Shown: positions 54,009 through 64,000 of the stretch, piece by piece
Layout of the letters: each line of letters begins with the position of its first letter
Numbering within the stretch: the first letter of the stretch is position 1
Assembly: GCA_951406725.2 (NCBI GenBank)
Contig: OX597819.1
Location: 16,430,001-16,494,000 of the forward strand
Length of the DNA: 64,000 bases
Reading direction: 5' to 3'
Source of the DNA: Octopus vulgaris
Lineage: Eukaryota
Position numbers and translations under genes: made by a program
The notes under the pieces: model-generated
The model's input: only the letters and a program-made list of their open reading frames with translations
Told to the model about the DNA's origin: nothing
The model's database searches: none

Positions 54009-56242
54009 ATCCTAAAATAATTAATTTATCAAAAAGAGATCTTGACAATGATGAAATCCAACTTCTGTCAAAAGGACTGAAATTCACACCTACACCAACA
54101 GCCAACCACCAAGAATTAAAGGAGGATATCCAAAAATTCTGTCGAAAATTACGACTTGTAGAATTCTTCGCTAACAAAAGTAATGAGATTGATGAATCCC
54201 TAGTAAGGAATAAATCAAATTTCACCCCACCAAAAGGAAGAAATAACTACCTTGACCAATACATTGATATCCTGTCTAAATTTCCCCTTAGACGCAATAC
54301 CAATGTTAGGCCAAACATTAGCAAATCAGAGATGTCTGCATGTAAACGTATACAAAACGATCAAACAATAATAATTAAACAAGCAGATAAAGGTGGTGCA
54401 ATTGTTATTATGGATACCGAATACTATAAGGATTTGGTTGAAGACCAACTGAAGGATACAACCTTCTATTGTGAAATACCCGCAAATATAGACCACCACA
54501 TCATGAAAAAGATCAACAACCTGATTTCAACACACCACAACTCACTTACGGATAATGAAAAAGACTACATCACCAATTTTGAACCAAAACCCAGCAACTT
54601 CTACGGCTTACCAAAAATACACAAATCAAAAAACATTCAACAGGCAGTAAAAGAACAAGAAAGTGAGTACATAAAATTATTACATCCAAAAGACCTAAAA
54701 CTTAGACCTATTATAGCTGGTCCAGCATGCCCTACACACCGTCTAAGCAATTTTATTGACATTGTTTTGAAACCACTATGTACTTACATACCAAGTTTCA
54801 TCAGGGATGACATCGACTTCCTGTCCCATCTTCCCAAAACAACAGAAACAAATTCAGTTTTGCTAAGTTTTGATGTGGTAAGCCTCTACACCAATATTCC
54901 ACACGATTTAGGAATAAAGGCGATTAAATACTGGTTAGAAAAACATAGAGAAGTGATTCCCAGCAGATTCACAGTGCCATTTATATTAGACACAGTCAAA
55001 CTTATTCTAGAAAATAACACATTCTTCTTCAATGGAAAGAATTACATCCAAATTAGAGGCACGGCGATGGGAACGAGGTTTGCTCCCGTTTACGCCAACT
55101 CTGTAATGGGATACTTAGAAGAACAACTCTACCAAGAGGTGGAGGTAAACTATGGCACTGGATTTAGAAAGTATATTGAAAAGGCATGGAAGAGATACCT
55201 AGACGACTGTTTCATAATCTGGACAGAATCTCTAAATACTCTGGAAGAGTTCAATATCCTCCTGAACAAACTACACCCATCTCTCAAATTTACAAAGGAG
55301 ATGAGTAGTACCAAATTACCATTCCTGGATATAATGGTAATTAAAAAAGACACCACCATCACCACAGATATATACTATAAACACACAGACACACATCAAT
55401 ACCTAAATTTTAAGTCGTGCCATCCACCACATACAAAACGTAACATCCCATACTGCCTAGCCAGAAGAATTTGTACTATTGTAGAAGATGCAAATATCAG
55501 GAACAAACGCCTAATAGAACTAAGAGAATTTTTGCTCAAACAAAAATACCCATCTCTACTTATAGAAAATGGCATACAGCGGGCTATAAAAATACCTATA
55601 CAACAACTTAGGACAACCCAAGGAAGAGGAAAACAAGAACAAGTCATACCATTCATAGTGACACACAACCCATGTCACCAGAATATCTTCAACATTGCCA
55701 AAGCAAACCTACCAATCATTGCCCAAAGTAATGAATTAAAAGACATAATCAAGGATCGAGCTATGGTGCTTAGTAAAAGACAGCCTAAAAACTTGAAAAC
55801 ATTACTAACAAAGGCAAAATTTGACCTCAGCAACAAAGACCAAACATTCACGGTATCTAAATGCAATGATAGCCGATGTGGCACATGCCAATTCATACAT
55901 ACCGGTCAATATATAAACACAAAAACCGGGAAAATATTCACAAACGCGAATATGAACTGCAAAAGCAGAAATTTAATTTACTGCATCAAATGCCCAAATT
56001 GTGAAGAAATATATGTAGGTCAGACGGGAAACGCACTATTAGAACGCTCACGTGTACACCGGCAACAGATTAGAGACCCAGAGGTCCGTCAGATACCTTT
56101 GAGTAACCACCTAGCAACATGTGGTCGGAAAATATATATAATATTTCCATTCTACAAATTACACAGCCCAAGTGAAATCGAGAGGAAAATCAGAGAAAAG
56201 AATTTTATTGATAAATTCGAACCCAAGCTAAATAAGCAATAA
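53915..56242 (+). CDS. PLE reverse transcriptase + GIY-YIG endonuclease (right arm; open from 53915, first ATG 54332)
   Basis: Same motifs as the left arm; catalytic YLDD and GIY-YIG motifs intact. Confidence 0.93.
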   Translation, partial: PEKNPFFYVRTTNTGERKNPRGNIPQTTERIDPKIINLSKRDLDNDEIQLLSKGLKFTPTPTANHQELKEDIQKFCRKLRLVEFFANKSNEIDESLVRNKSNFTPPKGRNNYLDQYIDILSKFPLRRNTNVRPNISKSEMSACKRIQNDQTIIIKQADKGGAIVIMDTEYYKDLVEDQLKDTTFYCEIPANIDHHIMKKINNLISTHHNSLTDNEKDYITNFEPKPSNFYGLPKIHKSKNIQQAVKEQESEYIKLLHPKDLKLRPIIAGPACPTHRLSNFIDIVLKPLCTYIPSFIRDDIDFLSHLPKTTETNSVLLSFDVVSLYTNIPHDLGIKAIKYWLEKHREVIPSRFTVPFILDTVKLILENNTFFFNGKNYIQIRGTAMGTRFAPVYANSVMGYLEEQLYQEVEVNYGTGFRKYIEKAWKRYLDDCFIIWTESLNTLEEFNILLNKLHPSLKFTKEMSSTKLPFLDIMVIKKDTTITTDIYYKHTDTHQYLNFKSCHPPHTKRNIPYCLARRICTIVEDANIRNKRLIELREFLLKQKYPSLLIENGIQRAIKIPIQQLRTTQGRGKQEQVIPFIVTHNPCHQNIFNIAKANLPIIAQSNELKDIIKDRAMVLSKRQPKNLKTLLTKAKFDLSNKDQTFTVSKCNDSRCGTCQFIHTGQYINTKTGKIFTNANMNCKSRNLIYCIKCPNCEEIYVGQTGNALLERSRVHRQQIRDPEVRQIPLSNHLATCGRKIYIIFPFYKLHSPSEIERKIREKNFIDKFEPKLNKQ

Positions 56243-56556
56243 TAATAATACTTAGAGGTATTACTTCCACTGCTACGACCATGACCACTAACAACAACAA
56301 CAATACTAAAGGTGATCAAGACGAAGATAGCAGGAAAATTATCTTATTTAGGGTTAAAAGTTCTATTGCCACCACCATCACCACTAGCAACAATAATTAA
56401 GGTGCTGACAATGATGATGATGACAATTGAAATATAAAAATATAAAAATCTCTGACAAAGGATATTTACAACATTTCTAAAAATAACCCAACAATTGCTG
56501 CTTCGGCCAGGGTCAAGATACAGGACTCTTGACCTGTCCAACAAAGCGTGATGCCT

Positions 56557-56680
56557 AAACCAATCAGCTCAACCAACCAATCAGCTTAAGTAATTGAGTG
56601 ATACTACACACTGATTGGTCAGAATACAGTTTGCAAAACCTAGCACTCTGGAGCCTACCCAGCTGTATTTATAGCACAGA
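56557..56680 (+). promoter_or_regulatory. Putative Pol II promoter in PLE pLTR (3 CCAAT boxes + TATTTATA); mirror at ~49086-49209
   Basis: CCAATCAG x2, CTGATTGG, then TATTTATAG upstream of the HHR. Confidence 0.5.
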
Positions 56681-56736
56681 ATCACTCATCTTGCTACAGT
56701 CAAAAATTGTGAAGCATGACTGTCAACACTACTACA

Positions 56737-56781
56737 TGAACCCGAAGATTGCAGAATTCAATGCATGAAAGTACTAGTTCA
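56737..56781 (+). ncRNA. Minimal hammerhead ribozyme in right-arm pLTR
   Basis: TGAAC-CCGAAGA-T-TGCA-GAATTCAA-TGCA-T-GAAA-GTAC-TA-GTTCA; palindromic stem III AGTACT. Confidence 0.75.
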
Positions 56782-57719
56782 ATCAGAATGAATATTTAAC
56801 ATTCTACTATTTCATTTTATTTTATTCAATTATAATATATTATCTTATAATATATCATTATAAGATTGTAAATAAAACGTGAAAATCAGACAAGGTTGGA
56901 ATTCTTTTTATTAATATATTCTTCTATACACAATCACACACACCCATATATATATATATCTATATATATATATATATATGTATATATATACACACACAAA
57001 TTAAGAGAAATGACTACCAAAATGGATTCCTAATATGCTAAAGATAGACGTCAAGTTGCCTTATCACGAAGAGTGTGTTCTTGAGAACCATAATTTGTAT
57101 GTAATATAATTTTTAATCTTTAGATTTTTTAAATATGCTAAGCCACTGGTTTCAATTTATTAATATCAATTTCTACCCTTATTTAATTTTATATATATAT
57201 ATATAAATATATGTGCATAATGGACATTATTCAATTTCTGTCAGCTAAAAATTCATTTGGAAGGCTTTAGTTGGTTCGATGCAATGCCAAAAACATGTGC
57301 TCAAGGTACAACGTAGTGGGACTGAACCGTAAACCCTGTGGTTGAGAAGCAAACTTCTTAAGTCCACAGCCAAGGCTTTGCTTTGCTCTTCATTTTGCTT
57401 TTTGGTTGTTTTTCCTCTGCCACAGCGAATCTAGAACCTAAAAACTAACCTGACAGAAGCTGCACATCTAATAATTCTTCTCAAGAATGATTTGGGAGAC
57501 AAAAAAAAGCTAACCTAACTACAACAGCACACTTTCTTCTAATAATCCCTTGTAAAGACAGCTCCCCGCCCACCCCCACCGAGGATCAAAAAATCCAACT
57601 TGAATAAAGCAGCACTGTTGAATAATCCCAGTGAGGATGACCATGGGGTTATCTGAAAATCTAACCAGATTAAAGCAAGCAGCACAGTAATGAAATAATA
57701 GTGCTGGTTTCAAGCAATA

Positions 57720-58215
57720 AGCACCGTTCATGGTTAAGTCATTGCCAGTGCCACCTGATTGGCCCCCCCCATGCTGGCATGATCCGAACACTGTCGATGC
57801 CAGCCCCACCTGCCTCCTGTGTCGGCAGCATGTAAAAAGCACCATCTGAATGTGGATGATGCCAGTGACACCTGAGTGGCTCCCTGTGCCGGTGGCACAT
57901 AAAAAGCACCATCTGAACCTAGTTGATGCCAGCCCTGCCACTCCTACTGGCTCCTGTGTCGGTAGCACGTGAAAAGCACCATCCGAACGTGGCTAAAGCC
58001 TGTGCCGCTTGACTGGCTCCTATGCTGACGGTACCTAAAAAGCACCCACTACACTCTCGGAGTGGTTGGCGTTAGGAAGGGCATCCAGTTGTAGAAACAT
58101 TGCCAGATTATATTGGAGCCTGGTGCGGTCTCCTGGTGTGCCAGTCCCCTGTCAAACCGTCCAACCCATGCCCGCATGGAAAACGGACGCTAAACGATTA
58201 TGATGATGATGACGA
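57720..58215 (+). mobile_element. SINE family C (Meta-domain-like core, ~55-60-bp internal tandem repeats, (GAT)n tail)
   Basis: GTGGTTGGCGTTAGGAAGGGCATCCAG core; other copies ~41110-41290, 48430-48790, 59270-59450. Confidence 0.75.
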
Positions 58216-58442
58216 CTAAAGAAAGCTACATGGCTGAAGGAATGATAAAAAATTTCTTGATACTTTCTCTCTGTAGCTTTGATCACAGTTAAGGAACATA
58301 AACCTCATTATAAGCCTCATTAATACATTGTGCAGTAGAAAGTGTAACACTGTGTGTTTGTGTGTGTGTGTTTGTAAAAAAGAAGGGAAGATAACTCACA
58401 AAGGATTGCTAAGATTGCAGATCGAACTGAAGTGTGTCACAG

Positions 58443-58515
58443 TCAATGATCTCTATCATTCTCCTCTTGGTACCGACTCATCAAAATCTCCCTTTGTAGT
58501 TCATTGCCATGTAAC
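58443..58515 (-). CDS. DNAJC4: DnaJ subfamily C member 4 / DnaJ-60-like, last coding exon
   Basis: Acceptor ...CTCTTATACAACAG, phase 2, encodes LHGNELQREILMSRYQEENDRDH-stop, in phase with the preceding exon. Confidence 0.7.
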
Positions 58516-59724
58516 CTGTTGTATAAGAGAGAGAGATTGATTGGTAAGTATGAATGTGTACATGTGTGTGTGTACAGGTGTATACAGGTGAGATACATTG
58601 GGTGTGGGTTATAAGAATACACACACAGGGTTTCGAGTAACTTCAGTTGTAGTCTCACAACCATGCATGTGTCCTCCATCTCAGTCAAACTCTTTACATT
58701 TCAATCATTTGCTGGAATAAATTTGGTAATTAGTAGATGAGGCTAATAATTATGTAATAACTCAGTATTCCAATGTACTTTTGTTGTTCATTGGTAGAGA
58801 GAAGGTCAATCTGCCAACCAAAACATGTGCATTAGTTGTAGTAGTTTGTTTATCTTTTATTAACAATCAGTTGGCAATACCTGCCAGGTATTTCATCAAA
58901 GTAACTATGCGGAAATTTGATTAATATATATATATATACACACACACACACATATATAAATTAATATTGTGTGTTTGTTTCTTTTTTGCAAGTGTGATTT
59001 TATTTTTGATCTATTTAAATGAAGATATTTCATTCATTTTACTGCTTTTCTTTCTACAAAACGAGAATATACATTGTGGAACTATTATTTTAATGAATTG
59101 TGTCTACTTATCATCTGATGAGATGCATCTGCACTCTGCACTGCTAGAGGCTCCTGAACCAGTTGTTAAGGGTCCCACCTATGAGGGATCGATACTGGAT
59201 GTGTTGAAACAATTGTCACGATTAATAAAAATTTTTGTATACTCCATCTTCTGTCTTTCATTTACCATATAAAAAGCACTGAGTCCACTCCATGGAGTGG
59301 TTGGTGTTAGGAAGGGCATCCAGCTGTAAAATCCTTGCCGAAACAGACACAGTAACTTAAGGTAGTTTTCTACATGGCCAGCTCCTGTCAACTGTCCTAC
59401 CCATGCATGCATGGAAGATGGATATTAAGCGAAGATGATGATGATGATCATCATCATTTAATGTCCACTTTTCCATATTTGCAAGAGTCAGACAGAATGC
59501 AAAATGTTTGAGAAAAGTGATGTCTGGAACACTTTTGATCATAATTCTACCTGATCAGAGCTGATGTGGGTTCAAATGTCAACAATACATGTTTGACAAC
59601 AGTAAAGATCATGCTATCGACCTGCACACAGTTTTGATAGCATCCTGACCATCCCAGAGGAGAAAAGTTGGCTAAATGACAAAAACAGGATGGTCAAGGC
59701 TTGAAACTCACTCAGTCACAAATG

Positions 59725-59990
59725 AGCCAAGTAGTGTGTCTTGTTTAAGGAGAGACAAGTAGAGTAGTTTGTCTTGTTTAGGAAACACAACACAATGGTA
59801 GTTATATTAGACAACTAGTAGGTTTGATTAGTGGAATGTCTGGCTTAAGGAACACAACACAATAGCAGTTAACATCGAGGGACACACCTAGGTAGACTGA
59901 GGTGGTTAGAGAGGTTTAGCAGCATCTCATCGGTCCTTATGTTGTAAGTTCAATTTCTGCCAAGGTCAACTTTGCCTTTCATTCTCTTGG
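59725..59990 (+). repeat. ~260-bp direct repeat, second copy ~61655-61932 (SINE-derived mosaic)
   Basis: GTAGTGTGTCTTG.TTAAGGAGAGACAAG...CTTTGCCTTTCATTCTCTTGG at both loci. Confidence 0.75.
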
Positions 59991-60096
59991 GTCAAGAATG
60001 ACCAAGGGACAAAACAACAACAAATCCTTAACAAAAAAAAGGGAGCAAGTGTAAAAACAAAAATCAAACAAAACTTCTTGAAGAAAATATATTTAC

Positions 60097-60183
60097 AGTG
60101 CTTTATCTCTTTTCTCTTTGTAAATTTTGTGGAATTCAATATCTTTCTGATCCATTATCGATCTGCTATAATCCCTGGAGAAA
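60097..60183 (-). CDS. DNAJC4: DNAJC4-like internal exon (87 nt)
   Basis: Polypyrimidine+CAG acceptor, GTAAAT donor, phase 2-2, FSRDYSRSIMDQKDIEFHKIYKEKRDKAL resembling the DNAJC4 MDEKD region. Confidence 0.75.
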
Positions 60184-60574
60184 CTGTAGACAAGAGAAAA
60201 ACGAAAAGAAATTATCAGTTTGAGCAAAGACCTGATTATGAGACTGAGAATGTTCACTCCACAACCACATGGGAACTCTGGGTCTGATTTCATTACACAG
60301 CACTATGGGTTGTTGCAGGCTGACCAAAGATTTATCAGTAAAATTTGGTACATGGAAACTGTGTGGAAGTATGTTGGAGTGATGGTTCCTGTTTTTGGGA
60401 GACAAGCTTAAGCTAGTGGCACCTGGGGCCCAGGTGACTCAGAAGTATTTGGGCCAAGTCACCAGTCTGTGGACAAAGACAAAATATAGTTCTATATTTA
60501 AGAGATGAGGAATTATGTATATTATTTACATTATTTACATTTGATGGATATTTGTCCTCATCTTCTTTGCTGTT

Positions 60575-60619
60575 AAAACAACGTTTCAGCTGATATACCC
60601 TCCAGCTTCATCAGGTATC
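60575..60619 (-). ncRNA. Minimal hammerhead ribozyme
   Basis: GATAC-CTGATGA-AGCTG..CAGCT-GAAA-CG-TT-GTTTT. Confidence 0.65.
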
Positions 60620-60783
60620 TTGGGGAAATTTCGAACCTGGGTTTCCCTTAGGTATTTTTCAATGTTATCATTATTATAATTATTATTTTTATTCAGGTCA
60701 CTGCCTGGAATCAAACATATGGTGTAGTGGTTAAGAGTGCGGGCTACTAACCCCAAGATTCCGAGTTTGATTCCAGGCAGTGA

Positions 60784-60842
<59 letters not shown>

Positions 60843-60938
60843 TAATAATAACAACAACAACAACAACAACAACAATAATAATAATAATAGCATCAAAAAA
60901 TACCTTAGGAATGAGAACCCAGGTTCAAATTTCCCCAA

Positions 60939-60984
60939 GACATCTGATGAAGGCTGGAGGGTATATCAGCCGAAACGTTGTGTT
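60939..60984 (+). ncRNA. Minimal hammerhead ribozyme
   Basis: GACAT-CTGATGA-A-GGCTG..CAGCC-GAAA-CG-TT-GTGTT; palindromic stem III ACGT. Confidence 0.75.
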
Positions 60985-62151
60985 AACAACAAACAAGATG
61001 AGGATAAATATCCGTCAAATGTAAATAATGTAAATAAAGACAAAATATATTTCTAGCCTTTTTAATAGAGATAATTACGGGATGATAATTAAAGAGATAA
61101 TCATGGGATTATACCTTTTGTGAAAATGCAAGTTTGATGAGCCAAAGAGAGCCTCTTCAACATACTAGAAATAACAGCCAAATCTCCAGCAAATTAAAAT
61201 CCATTTTAGATAGGACATATCAGCTAGTTTAGTCGGAGAATTCTCATAAGTCTTTTGTTCTTCCTTTCTTCCTTCTGATACTAACACAGGCCCTGAACCA
61301 GCATTATAGAATAAAAAACATGAGATCTTGTGGAGATGCTGTGTTAATCACTGGGTAACAGAAGTGTGATGAAACTCTGTGGCACTTTATAATAATCAAT
61401 GCTACTAAGAAATAAACCAATAATTACAGTATGTCCATGTGTTGTTGTTGTTGTTGTTGTTGACTCTGTAATTGCTACAGATTCAACACAATCTGTCAGC
61501 TCTGAGCAAACAAAAACAATTCTGAAAATAATATTTGTTTCTGTCAATTCAGTTCAATTCTTTGTGTTGATTCCATTCTGGAAAGAAATATTCTGGTTCA
61601 ATACTGGTGAGGAGTTCTTGAAGATAATACGATCTCTAGTTATAATGAGGTTGAGTAAAGTAGTGTGTCTTGCTTAAGGAGAGACGAGTAAAGTAGTGTG
61701 TCTTGCTTAAGGAGAGACAAGTAGAGTGGTTTGTCTTGTTTAGGGATCACAACACAATGGTAGTTATATTAGTAGAATGTCTGGCTTAAGGAACACAACA
61801 CAATAGCAGCTAACATCGAGGGACACACCGAGGTAGACTGAGGCAGTTAGAGAGGCTTAACAGCATCTCATCAGTCCTTATGTTGTGAGTTCAATTTCTG
61901 CCAAAGTCAACTTTGCCTTTCATTCTCTTGGGACCAATGAAATAAAGTGTTAGTTGAGCTGCCTAGAGTGGTGTGTCTTGACTAAGGAGCATAACATAAT
62001 GATAGCTATGTTACACAGCCATGAAGACTAAGGAAAATGGTGTGATGTGTCTTGCCCAAGGTCTTGTGCTATCTAACACCCACGCTTCATAATTCAGTGC
62101 TCATAATATCATACACCTGACACGATGAGGTTGATTATTAATTCAACTTAC

Positions 62152-62340
62152 CTGATCAAGAAGTAATGCACAAACACACCAACAACCACCCAGATCAGGA
62201 TTCCAAACAAAATGTAGGAGTTTGGTTGTCGTCTTAAACCTTTAATGCTGTAGTATGGGCGGTCCTTAAATTCCTGGTCTTTTGACTTGTTTCTCATATG
62301 CCAGATGGTTTCATCCCAAAATATTCGCTCATCAGATTCT
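62152..62340 (-). CDS. DNAJC4: DNAJC4-like internal exon (189 nt) with transmembrane segment
   Basis: Strong acceptor TCTCTCTTTTTGTAATTCCAG, donor GTAAGT, phase 2-2; FWDETIWHMR..PYYSIKGLRRQPNSYILFGILIWVVVGVFVHY resembles DNAJC4/DnaJ-60 (recalled, not searched); J-domain exons not in window. Confidence 0.8.
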
Positions 62341-62737
62341 CTGGAATTACAAAAAGAGAGATTGTGTGAGAGAGAAAGAAAAACAGAGTGAGAGGAGGGG
62401 GGTCGTATCGTCCCTTTCTCCCAGAAACAGGAAACGCTTCTATAGCAGACAGATAGAGGCAAAGATTAACAAATCATATCACCTGTGCATATAGTGGCCA
62501 ATGAGAGTGGTTCTGCCAGTCACAAGACCTGTTAAAACAGCATCTAAGCCAGTCAAATGCTTTGTAAAGCAGCAGCCAATGACAGCACATTTATATTTGT
62601 CTATAGATGCAGGTATGGTCACATGGGTTTGGAGTCAAAGCCACTGTGTGTGGTACCTTCAACAAGTGTCTCCTACTATATCCCAGGGCCAATTAAAGCC
62701 TTATTAGAAAATCTGGTAGATGGAAACTGAAAGAAGT

Positions 62738-62829
<92 letters not shown>

Positions 62830-63130
62830 CCCACCATCCGAGCGTGGCCGTCTGCCAGCCTCGTCTGGCACCTGTGTCGGTGGCACATAAAAAAACACCA
62901 TCCGAGCATGGCCGATCGCCAGCCTCGTCTGGCACCTGTGTCGGTGGCACATAAAATCACCCACTACACTCTCGGAGTGGTTGGCGTTAGGAAGGGCATC
63001 CAGCTGTAGAAACACTGTCAGATCTGACTGGCCTGGTGCAGCCTTCGGGCTCCCCAGACCCCAGCTGAACCGTCCAACCCATGCTAGCATGGAAAGCGGA
63101 CGTTAAACGATGATGATGATGATGATGATG
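62830..63130 (+). mobile_element. SINE family C
   Basis: Core and (GAT)n tail as at 57720-58215. Confidence 0.78.
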
Positions 63131-63210
<80 letters not shown>

Positions 63211-63216
63211 TCTATA

Positions 63217-63304
63217 TGTGGCTGAAGATTGCTCTTCATTTTAAAACTGATGTAATACTTACATTGTTTAATAAAATGAAGTAGCATGGAACGATTGTAC
63301 TACA
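63217..63304 (+). ncRNA. Hammerhead motif with long stem II (GAAA mutated to GGAA), in pLTR-like fragment ~63208-63437
   Basis: Paralog of 3170-3256; (TA)n on both sides. Confidence 0.55.
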
Positions 63305-63433
63305 CTACCTTGGATATCCTTGTTGCTTATTTTGAGTATAAGCACCCCATTTGATTTATATGGATAAAACCATACCAAATTCTGGTGCCTTTAACTTAAA
63401 TACCATATTCATCTGAATCAAAATTTTGCTGAA

Positions 63434-63480
<47 letters not shown>

Positions 63481-63483
<3 letters not shown>

Positions 63484-63746
63484 CCAGCTCTGTCTGGCAA
63501 CCGTGTCGGTGGCACGTAAAAGCACCATCCGTTCGCGTCCGTTGCCAGCCTCGGCTGGCCCCGTGCCGGTGACACGTAAAAGCACCGTCCGTTCGTGGCC
63601 TGCCAGCTCTGTCTGGCCCCGTGTCAGTGGCACGTAAAAGCACCATCCGTTCGTGTCCGTTGCCAGCATCGCCTGGCCCCGTGCCGGTGACACGTAAAAG
63701 CACCATCCGTTCGTGGCCGTTCGCCAGCTCTGTCTGGCACCTGTGC

Positions 63747-63816
<70 letters not shown>

Positions 63817-64000
63817 ATATATATGGATAATAAACTATGCCTGCGAAGACCTGTTGAGGCAAGTGAAATTGCTGTTGCGGCCGATGACAGTACCACATGA
63901 TTGGCACCCGTGCCAGTGGAATGTTAAAAGCACCGTTCGAGCATGATTGTTGTCATGGCTGCTGACTGGCACCTGTGCCAGTGGCATGTAAAAAAAGCAC
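63481..64000 (+). repeat. ~60-bp tandem repeats of SINE family C body, interrupted by (TA)n
   Basis: Units TGCCAGC..CTGGC.CCGTG.CGGTG.CACGTAAAAGCACC.TCCGTTCG. Confidence 0.8.

Larger units (their letters stand above)
48847..56919. mobile_element. Head-to-head inverted dimer of a young Neptune-type Penelope-like element (arms 48847-52785 and 52981-56919)
   Basis: Mirror positions sum to 105766; the two 636-aa ORFs differ at one residue (50951/54815). Confidence 0.95.
60495..61035. mobile_element. tRNA-headed, hammerhead-containing SINE-like element as head-to-head inverted dimer with ~20-bp TSD
   Basis: TSD AAAGACAAAATATA(G/T)TTCTA at 60475 and 61036; tRNA-like head 60719-60786; HHRs at 60575-60619 (-) and 60939-60984 (+). 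Confidence 0.8.

Noticed and set aside
60719-60786. Functional tRNA gene (anticodon ACT)
   Set aside because: 5' acceptor strand missing, T-arm mispaired; it is a SINE head
63481-63750. CRISPR-like regular repeats
   Set aside because: Contiguous tandem units without unique spacers in eukaryotic DNA

Overview
AT-rich, repeat-saturated animal genomic DNA. The SINE and microsatellite landscape resembles Octopus/cephalopod DNA (inference). Host content is sparse: the last three coding exons of a DNAJC4/DnaJ-60-like gene on the minus strand (62340-58443) and a possible first coding mini-exon at 17010-17000. The rest is transposons: a full-length decayed Tx1/L1 LINE, CR1-like and RTE fragments, Tc1 and maT DNA transposons, Helitron/Helentron and Crypton-like derivatives, a solo LTR and three abundant SINE families. 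The most notable signal is a set of Penelope-like elements (PLEs) and hammerhead ribozymes (HHRs). (i) A young 8-kb head-to-head palindrome of a Neptune-type PLE has intact RT and GIY-YIG domains, preceded by an overlapping ORF1 in the -1 frame with a U_UUU_UUU heptamer. (ii) About 17 type-I minimal hammerhead motifs from several unrelated families mostly have palindromic stem III. (iii) A 546-nt retrozyme-like monomer forms an array. (iv) A tRNA-headed, hammerhead-carrying SINE-like element sits as an inverted dimer inside a DNAJC4 intron. All calls were made by eye, without database searches or folding software.
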